From an uncultured delta proteobacterium (GTDB lineage: Bacteria; Desulfobacterota; Binatia; Binatales; Binataceae): a stretch of DNA of 64,000 nt. The notes beneath the pieces are model-generated. The model had not been told where the DNA came from. It saw nothing but the letters and a program-made list of their open reading frames with translations, and did not search any database. Each line of letters starts with the position of its first letter. Position 1 is the first letter of the stretch. Below, in pieces: positions 20,455 to 29,277 of this stretch. The stretch is from contig CAVQEQ010000004.1 of NCBI GenBank assembly GCA_963711565.1, forward strand, positions 320,001-384,000. Reading direction: 5' to 3'. Both the position numbers and the translations under genes were made by a program.

Positions 20455-20483
20455 TTGAGGCCGGATACTCACGATGGTACTAT
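20455..20483 (+). promoter_or_regulatory. Sigma-70 promoter of the rpsF operon
   Basis: TTGAGG-N17-TACTAT with a TG extended -10. Confidence 0.6.
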
Positions 20484-20489
20484 GCGGGA

Positions 20490-20531
20490 TTGCTCCTTGC
20501 TCCAACCTGGGGCTGCAATCCGTAAGGAGGA
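20490..20531 (+). promoter_or_regulatory. rpsF leader (S6:S18-binding RNA motif)
   Basis: CTCCTT pairs with the SD AAGGAG; inner GCTCCA/TGGGGC stem; unpaired CCG just before the SD. Confidence 0.7.
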
Positions 20532-20543
20532 CTCAGCACGCGC

Positions 20544-21041
20544 ATGCGGCGCTACGAAACTATTTTTATTCTCCGCCCTGATTCGGGCGACCCCCAAATC
20601 AAGGAAGCGATCAAACGCTATGAAGGGATCATCGCCGCCGGCGCCGGCGAGATGATCGAAACCGAGGAGTGGGGCTCGCGCGAACTCGCCTACAAGATCA
20701 AGGGCGAGCGCCGCGGCTTCTACGTGCGTCTCGACTACGTTTCGCCCGGCCCCGTGATGAACGAGGTCGAGCGCAATCTGCGCATCTCCGACGCTGTCCT
20801 TCGTTACCTGTCGGTCCTCGTTGACGACAACGCCGACGTGGCGAAGGCCCGCGAGGAACTCGAAGCGCGCAACCGCCGTATCGCGGAGGCCAAGGCCGCG
20901 CAGGAAGCGCGTGCAGCCGCCCTGATGGCGTCGCGCGAGGAGCGCGTCGAGGCCGAGGAAGCGCCCGACGCTCCCGAAGAGATAATGGAAGCGGCGGTCA
21001 ACGAAATCGCCGGGCCCGAAGGTGACAGGGAACCGGATTGA
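20544..21041 (+). CDS. rpsF: 30S ribosomal protein S6 (acidic C-terminal tail)
   Basis: MRRYETIFILRP, WGSRELAYKI, VLRYL. Confidence 0.96.
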   Translation: MRRYETIFILRPDSGDPQIKEAIKRYEGIIAAGAGEMIETEEWGSRELAYKIKGERRGFYVRLDYVSPGPVMNEVERNLRISDAVLRYLSVLVDDNADVAKAREELEARNRRIAEAKAAQEARAAALMASREERVEAEEAPDAPEEIMEAAVNEIAGPEGDREPD

Positions 21042-21300
21042 GCTCGAAGGCCGGCTGCTCGCCCAGCCCGAAGTTCGCGTCACTCCCGCAGGCACGCCCG
21101 TCCTCCGCTTCACGGTCGAATGCGGCGCGCCGGGCGAGGAATTGAGGCTCGTGATCGTGATGACCGGAGAACCGGCAATCACGGCAAAACCGCTCCTGGA
21201 GCCGGGTCGGCAGGTTAAGGTGATCGGAAGGCTAAGAGCCCTCAAGGGCAACTTGAAGACCGCCGTGGGATTTGAAGTCGTAGCCGAGTTGATTGAGTGA
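21022..21300 (+). CDS. priB: PriB/SSB-like single OB-fold protein
   Basis: NRIELEGRL...VRVTPAGTPVLRF; 92 aa with no acidic DDIPF tail; between rpsF and rpsR. Confidence 0.65.
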   Translation: MTGNRIELEGRLLAQPEVRVTPAGTPVLRFTVECGAPGEELRLVIVMTGEPAITAKPLLEPGRQVKVIGRLRALKGNLKTAVGFEVVAELIE

Positions 21301-21354
21301 AGCGACGAGATAGTAAAACTTTAGACCAGGTAATGTACCCAGGGAATATAATCG

Positions 21355-21717
21355 ATGGCTGACGAGGAAAGATCAGAAAGAGGCGGCGACCGGCCGCGCG
21401 AGGGCGGCGGCGGACGCTACGGCGGCCCGCGCCCCGAGGGCGATCGCGGCGAGGGCCGCGGTGGCGAGGGTCGCGGCGGCGGGATGCGTCGTGGGCGGCC
21501 GGGCGGACGCCGCAAAGTATGCCGCTTCTGCGCCGACAAGACGCTCAAGGTCGACTACAAGGACGTGCGCACGCTCGGCAGCTTCATCACCGAGGGCGGC
21601 AAGATAGTGCCCAGCCGAACCTCGGGCAATTGCGCCAAGCACCAGCGCCAACTTGCCGTCGCGATCAAGCGCGCGCGCGTGCTGGCGCTGCTGCCGTTCT
21701 CGACGCTCGGAGTCTAG
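21355..21717 (+). CDS. rpsR: 30S ribosomal protein S18 (Zn-binding type, RG-rich N-extension)
   Basis: [43 protein letters not shown]. Confidence 0.96.
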   Translation: MADEERSERGGDRPREGGGGRYGGPRPEGDRGEGRGGEGRGGGMRRGRPGGRRKVCRFCADKTLKVDYKDVRTLGSFITEGGKIVPSRTSGNCAKHQRQLAVAIKRARVLALLPFSTLGV

Positions 21718-21730
21718 CCGGCTAAATCCA

Positions 21731-22684
21731 ATGACGCGCAAGGCTGTTATCGGGATGGTTCGCGCGGCCGCGTTGGCGGGGGCGTTCTTCCTTGCCGGCG
21801 GCGCCATACCGCTACTCGGCGGCATCCTGATGATGCTCGCGCCCGCGCCAATCATCATCTACGCCGTCGGTCGTCCGAGCTCCAACGCGCGCGCGATTAT
21901 CGCCGTGCTGCTCGCAACCGCGTTCGTGACGCTACTGTGGGGATCCTTGGGCGGACTGGCCTACTTCGTGTCGTTCGGCCTCGCGACCGCAATCGCGTGC
22001 TACATGCTCGAGCGCCGTTCGTCCTTCGAGATGATCACTGCGGTCGGCGCCGGCGTGATGGTCGCGGTTTCGGTGGTGGCGATGCTCGTGATCGTGGGCG
22101 GGCCGGACGCGCTTATCAAGTCCGTCCACGGCGCTCTTACGCAGATGATGGCGCGGGGGCAGGACTTCAACAAACTTCTTGGGATGCCGGTGATTCCGGC
22201 TGACACGCAGGCCAGCGTCATCGCGCTCACGATGCAACTATCGCCGGCGTTCGCGCTGCTGCTCGCCGCGAGCGCGATGCTGCTCAACCTGCGCGTGTTC
22301 TGGCGATGGGCCGGGCCGCAGCGGCTGGCGTACAACCTGTTTGGCGATCTTTCGCGATGGTCGGCGCCGGAATGGATGGTGTGGCTGTTGCTCGCGGGCG
22401 GGTTCGGGCTGTTCATCCCGGTTTCGGCGATCAGCTCGATCGCGCTGAACGGCTTCATCTGTATCGCCGCAATCTATTTTTGCCAGGGACTCGCAATCAT
22501 CGGATTCTATTTTCAGTCGCTCGCGGTCCCGTCGATCGTGCGCGGCATAATCTATTTCGTCGTGTTCGCGCAGCCGTTTGTGGCTGCGCTCGTATGCACC
22601 GCGGGCGTCTTCGATATGTGGATCGACTTCCGGCGGCTCAAGCCCCCGAGCCCCGAAGCGAACAACCTTGGCGATTTCTTCTAG
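21731..22684 (+). CDS. DUF2232 (YybS-like) membrane protein
   Basis: Multi-TM; YFCQGLAI and GVFDMWIDFRR motifs; located between rpsR and rplI. Confidence 0.85.
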   Translation: MTRKAVIGMVRAAALAGAFFLAGGAIPLLGGILMMLAPAPIIIYAVGRPSSNARAIIAVLLATAFVTLLWGSLGGLAYFVSFGLATAIACYMLERRSSFEMITAVGAGVMVAVSVVAMLVIVGGPDALIKSVHGALTQMMARGQDFNKLLGMPVIPADTQASVIALTMQLSPAFALLLAASAMLLNLRVFWRWAGPQRLAYNLFGDLSRWSAPEWMVWLLLAGGFGLFIPVSAISSIALNGFICIAAIYFCQGLAIIGFYFQSLAVPSIVRGIIYFVVFAQPFVAALVCTAGVFDMWIDFRRLKPPSPEANNLGDFF

Positions 22685-22731
22685 GAGCGGGGCGGTAACA
22701 CTTCGGTCAAGACAACGAGGCGGCATAAAAA

Positions 22732-23187
22732 ATGAACGTGCAAGTCATACTCAACGAGGATCTTCCCAACCTGGGAAGGACCGGCGACGTGGTCAAGGTC
22801 CGCGCCGGTTACGCGCGCAACTACCTGTTGCCGCGCAAGCTCGCGGTCGAGGCGGATCAGAAAAATATCCGCGCCTTCGAGCATCAGAAGCGCACCGCCG
22901 CGCGCAGGCGCGAGATCAAGCGCACCGACGCGCTCTCCGTCAAGGCTAAAATCGAGGCGCTCGCGCTGACCCTCCATGCCCGCGCCGGCGAGGAGGGCAA
23001 GCTCTTCGGCTCCGTGACCAATATCGATCTCGAACGCGCGCTCCGCGAGAACGGTCTCGACATCGAGCGCCGCAAAATTCACCTGCCCGAGCCCATCAAG
23101 CAGCTCGGAGATTTCACGGTGCCGGTCAAGCTCGATTCCGAGGTTGAAGCCAGCTTGAAGATTACCGTCGCGGCGCAAGCCGAATGA
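22732..23187 (+). CDS. rplI: 50S ribosomal protein L9
   Basis: LGRTGDVVKVRAGYARNYLLP, GKLFGSVT, PIKQLG. Confidence 0.97.
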   Translation: MNVQVILNEDLPNLGRTGDVVKVRAGYARNYLLPRKLAVEADQKNIRAFEHQKRTAARRREIKRTDALSVKAKIEALALTLHARAGEEGKLFGSVTNIDLERALRENGLDIERRKIHLPEPIKQLGDFTVPVKLDSEVEASLKITVAAQAE

Positions 23188-23200
23188 GGACTTGCCCGAT

Positions 23201-23842
23201 ATGATCAAACTCTACGACTTCCTTTCCTGCCCCTACGGCCAGAAGGTCCGCATCGTGCTCGCCGAAAAGGCCCTGACCTACGACCTGGTCCCGGTCGATT
23301 TGACCCAGCACGAAAATCGCAAGCCCGACTTCGTGCGGCTCAACCCGTTCGGACGCGTGCCGGTGCTGGTCGACGACGACACGACGATTTACGACTCGAC
23401 CATCATCAACGAGTACCTCGACGACGAGTACCCCGAGCCGCCCGTGCTGCCGCCGGTGGGCTCCAGTGCGCTTCGCTCCCGCGCGCGCTCGTTCGAGGAT
23501 TTCGCCGATACGTCCTTCACCCCGCCGGTCGGCCAGCTAATCGCCGAAGTCTCCAAGCCCGAAGGCGACCGCGATCAGTCTCGCGTGCAGCGGCTCCATC
23601 AGTCGGTCGAGCGCGTGCTCGACTACCTGAACCATGAATTGCAGGGCAACAATTTTCTGGCCGGCGAGTTCTCGGTCGCCGACATCGGTTTTGCGCCGCG
23701 GATGCTGATCCTGAACGAGATCGGGATCGACGTGCTCGGCAACAACCGCAACAACATCGACGCATGGATCAAGCGGATGATGGAGCGCCCGAGCATCCGC
23801 AACCTGCAAGGCGTCGCCGCCGTCCCCGTAGCCGGCGGCTGA
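23201..23842 (+). CDS. Glutathione S-transferase family protein (SspA-like)
   Basis: SCPYGQKVRIVLAEK, NPFGRVPVL, DSTIINEYLDD, FSVADI. Confidence 0.88.
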   Translation: MIKLYDFLSCPYGQKVRIVLAEKALTYDLVPVDLTQHENRKPDFVRLNPFGRVPVLVDDDTTIYDSTIINEYLDDEYPEPPVLPPVGSSALRSRARSFEDFADTSFTPPVGQLIAEVSKPEGDRDQSRVQRLHQSVERVLDYLNHELQGNNFLAGEFSVADIGFAPRMLILNEIGIDVLGNNRNNIDAWIKRMMERPSIRNLQGVAAVPVAGG

Positions 23843-23871
23843 TAGCGAATCCCGACAATTCTTGTAGCTCA

Positions 23872-23912
23872 AAAACGCGCGCGCCGTCCGGTTTCCCGGA
23901 CGGCGCGCGTCG
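23872..23912. terminator. Hairpin between convergent genes, probable intrinsic terminator
   Basis: CGCGCGCCGTCCGG-TTTC-CCGGACGGCGCGCG with an A-run on the left (U-run on the minus strand). Confidence 0.7.
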
Positions 23913-23971
23913 TAATGATGAGGCTGCGAATCTGGTGACGGCCGACCTAGATTAAATGATCCGCGGACACG

Positions 23972-24271
23972 TTAATAGCGGGAATCCGCTCCCATTTCGT
24001 CGTCCTCGCTACGCGCCGGTCCAACCCCGGTCGGACGGAACAGCAGCTTGGCGGCGAAGAGTTTCTCGCTGATGCGTCCCTGGGATTTCAGTTGGCCGCC
24101 ATGACGCTTGCAGTGCGGACACGGCATCGTACCGCCGAGCAGGCTCGCGTTCTGTGGCGTTATCCTGAGGTCGAACTTGAACCCGCAGCCGGGATTCTGA
24201 CAAATCGTGCGGTAAACAATTCCCTGGCTACTGGTGGTTTTGGATTCGTTTCTGCTGACCGCTGTTTGCAT
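23972..24271 (-). CDS. Small zinc-ribbon protein (99 aa), function unknown
   Basis: CQNPGC...CPHC; GAGGAG RBS ahead of the ATG at 24271. Confidence 0.7.
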   Translation of the reverse strand: MQTAVSRNESKTTSSQGIVYRTICQNPGCGFKFDLRITPQNASLLGGTMPCPHCKRHGGQLKSQGRISEKLFAAKLLFRPTGVGPARSEDDEMGADSRY

Positions 24272-24370
24272 TTTCTTTCTCCTCACTCGCGCCGTGACGC
24301 GAGAGGCTCGCTTTCGGTTTAAGATAATCATTCCTAGCCACTTAGACGTAAGAACTTCGTTGAAGTTTCA

Positions 24371-24386
24371 AGCAAATCATGTGCCT
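24371..24386 (-). promoter_or_regulatory. Putative sigma-54 (-24/-12) promoter
   Basis: Minus strand AGGCAC-ATGAT-TTGCT versus consensus TGGCAC-N5-TTGCW. Confidence 0.6.
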
Positions 24387-24648
24387 CAGGCGACAATTGG
24401 CGGCAGGCTGTAAAATCGAGTAAAATCAAGCCAAATTCGGCGCGTCGCTGTCTCCTTGATATGACTGACTATTGCCACTACCCGGAAATTCCTGCGGCAT
24501 TTGCCACATTCCAAATGTTTTCACGAAAAAATGCTGCATCCCGGCACCCGACCGCTATGCTTTCGATGGTCGCGCGAGACACTTATACTTGCCGGGCTGA
24601 TTTTGCCGAGGCTGGCAGCGAAATGACGATCCGAGTCCGTTTGCCCAA

Positions 24649-25884
24649 ATGAGAACGCTGGCGCTAGTGATGGCCGGGGGACAGGGAACCCGGCTGCATC
24701 CGCTGACTAGGGATCGCGCCAAACCCGCGGTCCCGTTCGGCGGCAAATACCGCATCATCGACTTCGTTCTCTCCAACCTTGTCAATTCCGGCATCTACGC
24801 GATCTACGTGCTCGTGCAATGGCGCTCGCAATCGCTGATCGAGCATCTCAAGGACGGATGGCAATTCGGCGGGATGCTGCCCGATCATTTCGTCATCCCT
24901 GTGCCGGCGCAGATGCGGATGGGCGAGCTGTGGTACCAGGGCACGGCGGACGCGATTTTTCAGAATCTCAATCTTATAGACGACACCAAGCCGGACCTGG
25001 TCGCGGTCTTCGGTGCAGACCATATCTACCGGATGGACATCCAGCAGATGATCGAGTTTCACATGGAGCGCAAGGCGGCCGTCACAGTCGCGACCCTGCC
25101 GGTGTCGGTCGAAGAAGCGAATCAATTCGGGATAGTGCAAGTCGATTCGGGCCTGCGGGTCTCGAACTTCGTCGAGAAGCCCGACAATCCGCCGCAGATG
25201 CCCGGTGCGCCGGGACGTTCGCTGGCCTCGATGGGCAATTACCTGTTCAATCCCGAAGTCCTGCGCGAGGCGCTCATCGAAGACTCGATTCGCGAAAACA
25301 GCAATCACGATTTCGGCCGCGACCTGATTCCGGCGCTGATCAACCGCGTGCCGGTGTACGCGTACAACTTCATGACCAATCGGATTCGCGGCGACGCCGA
25401 GGTAAATCTCAGCTACTGGCGCGACGTCGGGACGCTCGACGCGTACTACGAGGCCAACATGGATCTGCGCGACGCGCGCCCGCATCTGAACCTGTACAAT
25501 GCGTACTGGCCGCTGCGCACCGCGTATTACGATCAGCCGCCGGCGAAATTCGTGTTCGACGAGAACGGGCGGCGCGGACTGGCGCTGCATTCGGTGATCG
25601 GCGAGGGATGCATCGTGTCGGGCGGCGCGATTCGCAACTCGGTGCTCGGGCGCTCGGTGACTGTGCATTCGTACAGCCTGGTCGAAGATTCGGTCATCAT
25701 GGACTACGCGGAAATCGGGCGGCACGCGAAAGTCCGCCGCGCGATTATCGACAAGAATGTCTATGTTCCCGAGGGCGAAGAGATAGGATATGACCTCGAA
25801 CGCGACCGTCAGCGATTTTTCGTCACCGACTCGGGCCTCGTGGTGATTCCCAAGGGCCCCAAGCGCGAACGCTCGGTAGTCTAG
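24649..25884 (+). CDS. glgC: Glucose-1-phosphate adenylyltransferase
   Basis: AGGQGTRLHPLTRDRAKPAVPFGGKYRIIDF, WYQGTADA, DHIYRMD, FVEKP, YWRDVGT. Confidence 0.96.
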   Translation: MRTLALVMAGGQGTRLHPLTRDRAKPAVPFGGKYRIIDFVLSNLVNSGIYAIYVLVQWRSQSLIEHLKDGWQFGGMLPDHFVIPVPAQMRMGELWYQGTADAIFQNLNLIDDTKPDLVAVFGADHIYRMDIQQMIEFHMERKAAVTVATLPVSVEEANQFGIVQVDSGLRVSNFVEKPDNPPQMPGAPGRSLASMGNYLFNPEVLREALIEDSIRENSNHDFGRDLIPALINRVPVYAYNFMTNRIRGDAEVNLSYWRDVGTLDAYYEANMDLRDARPHLNLYNAYWPLRTAYYDQPPAKFVFDENGRRGLALHSVIGEGCIVSGGAIRNSVLGRSVTVHSYSLVEDSVIMDYAEIGRHAKVRRAIIDKNVYVPEGEEIGYDLERDRQRFFVTDSGLVVIPKGPKRERSVV

Positions 25885-26973
25885 ATGGCACTGGCTTCTC
25901 CGTTGGCAACTCCCAAGCTCAATCCCGAGGCATCTGTTGGTTCGGCTGGCGATGTGTTGAGGCGCAGCGCCGCTCCCGCCGATTCGACGGACGGCAGACC
26001 GGATAAGTCGGACTTTCCGCTCGCGCTCGGCGCGCCGAAGAGCACGCGCATCCGGCTAGGCCCCAAAGATCGATTCGTTTTCTGGATGCTGGTCGCTGTA
26101 CTGCACGCTCTCAGCCTCCTGCCCGACTTCATTCTCTACCAATTGGGAATCGCCTGCGGTTTGATCTTCCATCGCTTCGACCATCGTCACCGGAAAATCG
26201 GAATCCGCAATCTCGAAATCGCGTTCCCCGAAAAGAGCGCCGCCGAGCGCGAGCGCATCCTGCGCGCGTCGTACATCAACCTTGGCCGCACCGGCGCCGA
26301 GTACGTTCGCCTCGGCGGGTTCTTCTACCGCCGGCTGGCGCGCCGCATCACCTACAATCGGCTCAACGTCTGGAACGAACTCACGCCAAGATACCCGGGG
26401 AAGGGCGCGCTGATACTCACAGCGCACTTCGGCGGCTTCGAGCTACTGCCCGCCGGCCACGCACTGCACGGTTTCCAGATCGGCCTCGTTCATCACACGC
26501 AGCGCTTCCTTGCGGGCGACGACCTGGTGTCGTTCATCCGCGAGCGCGCCGGCGTGCAGATAATTCGCAAGCATACGGCGGCGCGCGAGATGCTCCGCTC
26601 GCTCAAACGCGGCGAGATCATCGGCATCCCGCTCGATCAGAACGCGAAGCGGTCAGAAGCCATCTGGGTTCCATTCTTCGGCGAACTAGCCGCAACGCCC
26701 AGCGGCTTTGATCGCCTCGCGATGATGGCCGGCGCTCCAGTTGTCCCCGTCTTCATAGTCCGCCAGCCAGACGGCATCAGCCACGTAATCGAGATTTTCG
26801 AAGAGATTCCTCAACAACGAACCGGCGACCGCAATGCCGACGCGCTGGTAAATACCGCCCGCTATCAAAAAGCCATCGAAGAGATGGTCCGAAAATACCC
26901 CGAGCAATGGCTCTGGACCCATCGGAGATATCGCACCCGCCCAGTAAGAGGCACCCCCTCGCTGTACGACTAG
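25885..26973 (+). CDS. Lipid A late acyltransferase family (LpxL/HtrB-like); start uncertain
   Basis: NLEIAFPE, TAHFGGFE, DQN, VPFFG, PEQWLWTHRRY. Confidence 0.88.
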   Translation: MALASPLATPKLNPEASVGSAGDVLRRSAAPADSTDGRPDKSDFPLALGAPKSTRIRLGPKDRFVFWMLVAVLHALSLLPDFILYQLGIACGLIFHRFDHRHRKIGIRNLEIAFPEKSAAERERILRASYINLGRTGAEYVRLGGFFYRRLARRITYNRLNVWNELTPRYPGKGALILTAHFGGFELLPAGHALHGFQIGLVHHTQRFLAGDDLVSFIRERAGVQIIRKHTAAREMLRSLKRGEIIGIPLDQNAKRSEAIWVPFFGELAATPSGFDRLAMMAGAPVVPVFIVRQPDGISHVIEIFEEIPQQRTGDRNADALVNTARYQKAIEEMVRKYPEQWLWTHRRYRTRPVRGTPSLYD

Positions 26974-27003
26974 TTCAGGTCCCCGCCCGAAACGCCGATT
27001 TGG

Positions 27004-27399
27004 CTATTGCGGGAGCCAAGGCTTCTTAAAAATCGCCATCCAATCAAATCCCCAAGTCGGCAAAATGTCTCCGCTGACAGCGCGGAAGAGCATCACATAT
27101 TTGCGCAACGCTTTTTCAAAAAAATCGATGCACTCATCCAATTGCTCAAAAGTCGGAGGTCTTGGAGGGACGGCGCTAAGCCGTCGGATCACCATCGACG
27201 CCCAGGTGGGATAAAGAGCATCTATCCAGGACCAAAAAGTGCTCGGTGAATCGCGGATTTCTGGATTTGCGTCAACCATCGCGTGGACCTCGCGGAAAAC
27301 ATGACGGGCAATCATCAGGTCTTGTATCTCTCGGTACAGGCCCTTGTTGTGGTCGCCGAGCCAATCATTTAGGTCACCAAAACCTTTATCGTCGCTCAC
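27004..27399 (-). CDS. Low-GC hypothetical protein (131 aa), possibly an internally deleted HEPN/AbiU2-like remnant
   Basis: GTG start; EIQDLMIARHVF...STFWSW...VIRR then PTFEQLDECID...KY...DWMAIFKKPW. Family link is from recall only. Confidence 0.5.
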   Translation of the reverse strand: MSDDKGFGDLNDWLGDHNKGLYREIQDLMIARHVFREVHAMVDANPEIRDSPSTFWSWIDALYPTWASMVIRRLSAVPPRPPTFEQLDECIDFFEKALRKYVMLFRAVSGDILPTWGFDWMAIFKKPWLPQ

Positions 27400-27419
27400 A
27401 ATGAGTCCCAACCTAGTTG

Positions 27420-28301
27420 TCAGATGGCCGCTCGCGGCGCGTCCGCGATCGGCCGGAGCATCGCTAAGATAGCTATCGCGATTACCCACGCGGCGGCGCC
27501 GCCTATTAGCGGGATTGCTCCCCCACCTGCAATCCACCACGGGATCGCGGCGCGGTTCAGAATCATTTTCGGCCACATCTTTGCCCCCAGTACAAATCCG
27601 CAATGTAGGCCGATCGAGAAATACACACTGCCCGTAAGGATATACGCTTCGCCCAGCACTATGCCGAGCAGAAATAGTCCTATCAGTGTGGGGATCGCGA
27701 TCGCCGGATCGGTGAACTGGTCGATACTGTGCGCGAGAGTGACCAATCCCGCCGCAGGCTCGTAGCCGGTTACGTAGAAGCGCGCCGGCGATCGCACCAG
27801 ATGCGCGACGGCGTAGATTACGGCGCTCGCAATCAGGGCGATTCGTTCGCCGAAGTCGCCCCGCATGCCGCCGAGCAGGAACGCGCGGAAGAATGCTTCC
27901 TCGATGAATGCGATCGCTATCGCCGACAGAAAGTATTTCGGAATCAGCGCCGCGGCCGCTTCGTGATCGCCAACGCCGCCGCCTCCAAGGCTCAAAGCGA
28001 GCCCGAATAGAATCGCAATCGCGATGATGGCTACGACGAACCCGCGAATCGCGCGCGCGATACTCGGTGCCGGCGGATGACTGAAACCACGTCTCAACAG
28101 CGAGATCAGATTCAAGTCGCGCGCGCTGAACAGCATCGCAATCAGCAGCGTCGCCATCACGGTTCGATCGAAAATTCGCGGAAACGGGAAGCGCCATCCC
28201 GCGGCCGACACTGCGACTGCGGCGATCGGCCCGAGCATGATCGCGGCGACGATTCCCGCGATCAGCACCAGCACGAATCGCGCCGTGAATGATCGATGCA
28301 C
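27420..28301 (-). CDS. CPBP/CAAX intramembrane glutamic protease
   Basis: IEEAFFR, YAVAH, SIGLH motifs; multi-TM. Confidence 0.88.
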   Translation of the reverse strand: MHRSFTARFVLVLIAGIVAAIMLGPIAAVAVSAAGWRFPFPRIFDRTVMATLLIAMLFSARDLNLISLLRRGFSHPPAPSIARAIRGFVVAIIAIAILFGLALSLGGGGVGDHEAAAALIPKYFLSAIAIAFIEEAFFRAFLLGGMRGDFGERIALIASAVIYAVAHLVRSPARFYVTGYEPAAGLVTLAHSIDQFTDPAIAIPTLIGLFLLGIVLGEAYILTGSVYFSIGLHCGFVLGAKMWPKMILNRAAIPWWIAGGGAIPLIGGAAAWVIAIAILAMLRPIADAPRAAI

Positions 28302-28302
28302 G

Positions 28303-28342
28303 GAACCTAACCCCTAACCCCTTCCCTCGAGGGAAGGGGAAC
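28303..28342 (+). repeat. Repeat family B, copy 2
   Basis: GAACCTAACCCCTAACCCCTTCCCTCGAGGGAAGGGGAAC; abuts the GTG start of the CPBP gene. Confidence 0.9.
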
Positions 28343-28417
28343 AATCGCGAAAAAGCGCGGTCCGTCTAACCTTTCCAACAGGGACCCTACGAGTACTCAG
28401 GGCAAACTCCGTCCGCA

Positions 28418-28488
28418 TCTTTTCTTAACACTGAGTGCAGGGGTCACCCCTGCTGAAACCCACTGCCGGTTTCACGTTAAATCGAGTT
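28418..28488 (+). repeat. Repeat family A copy
   Basis: TCTTTTCTTAACACTGAGTGCAGGGGTCACCCCTGC-TGAAACC..GGTTTCA-CGTTAAATCGAGT. Confidence 0.8.
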
Positions 28489-28492
28489 TCGT

Positions 28493-29230
28493 TCAGTGCG
28501 GCCGCTCCGGATCCATCTGCGGTTCGAGCGTCACCTCGACCGGGCACGCGCCCGCCGGAGAATTGACGATTTGCATCACGGCGCGGGCGACGTCGACCGT
28601 TGAAAGCATCGCACCGCGATCGAGCCGCTTGTTGTTCGGGATCAGCGGGGTATCGACCAGTCCCGGAACGATCACCGAGAGCTTGAGCCCGCTCAGGCGC
28701 ATCTCGTTGAAGGCCGCGCGGGTGAATGCGATCAGCGCCGCCTTGGTCGCGGCATAAACGGCCTCGCCTGCGGGCGCCTTGATCGCGGCCGACGACGCGA
28801 CGTTGACAATTGTCCCGCTGCCTCGCGGAGTCATCGCGGCGGCGGCCAGGCGCGTGAGTGCGATCGGCGCGCGGAGGTTGACGGCGATCATGCGATCGAC
28901 ATCGGCCGGCCGCATCTTGAGGATCGGCGTGCGCGGCGGCGCCCAGCCGGCGTTGTTGACGAGCACGTCGATACGTCCGTAGCAATCGAGCGCGGCGCCG
29001 ACGAGCAGGTCGGGCGCCTCCTCGGTTGCCAGGTCAACGAGAACAATCAATGCGCGCTCGGGCGCAAGCCCGCTCTGGGAGCGGGTCTCCTCGAGTTCGT
29101 CGCGCGAGCGCGCAGCGAGGCATAGCGAGTAGCCGGCGCGCGCGAGTTCGAGCGCGACCGCGCGACCGATACCGCGGCCGGCGCCGGTGACGATCGCGAC
29201 GCGGCCCGGCGATTTAACCGCGGCGCTCAT
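28493..29230 (-). CDS. SDR-family oxidoreductase
   Basis: TGAGRGIG, NNAG, NVAS, YAATK. Confidence 0.93.
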   Translation of the reverse strand: MSAAVKSPGRVAIVTGAGRGIGRAVALELARAGYSLCLAARSRDELEETRSQSGLAPERALIVLVDLATEEAPDLLVGAALDCYGRIDVLVNNAGWAPPRTPILKMRPADVDRMIAVNLRAPIALTRLAAAAMTPRGSGTIVNVASSAAIKAPAGEAVYAATKAALIAFTRAAFNEMRLSGLKLSVIVPGLVDTPLIPNNKRLDRGAMLSTVDVARAVMQIVNSPAGACPVEVTLEPQMDPERPH

Positions 29231-29277
29231 TCGCGGCCATCTTGCACTGACGTAATCGCTCGCACAGACTGACGATA

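Noticed and set aside
27004-28344. 446-aa ORF in the track
   Set aside because: Its 5' two-thirds is an off-frame shadow of the CPBP gene and repeat B; only 27004-27399 looks coding.
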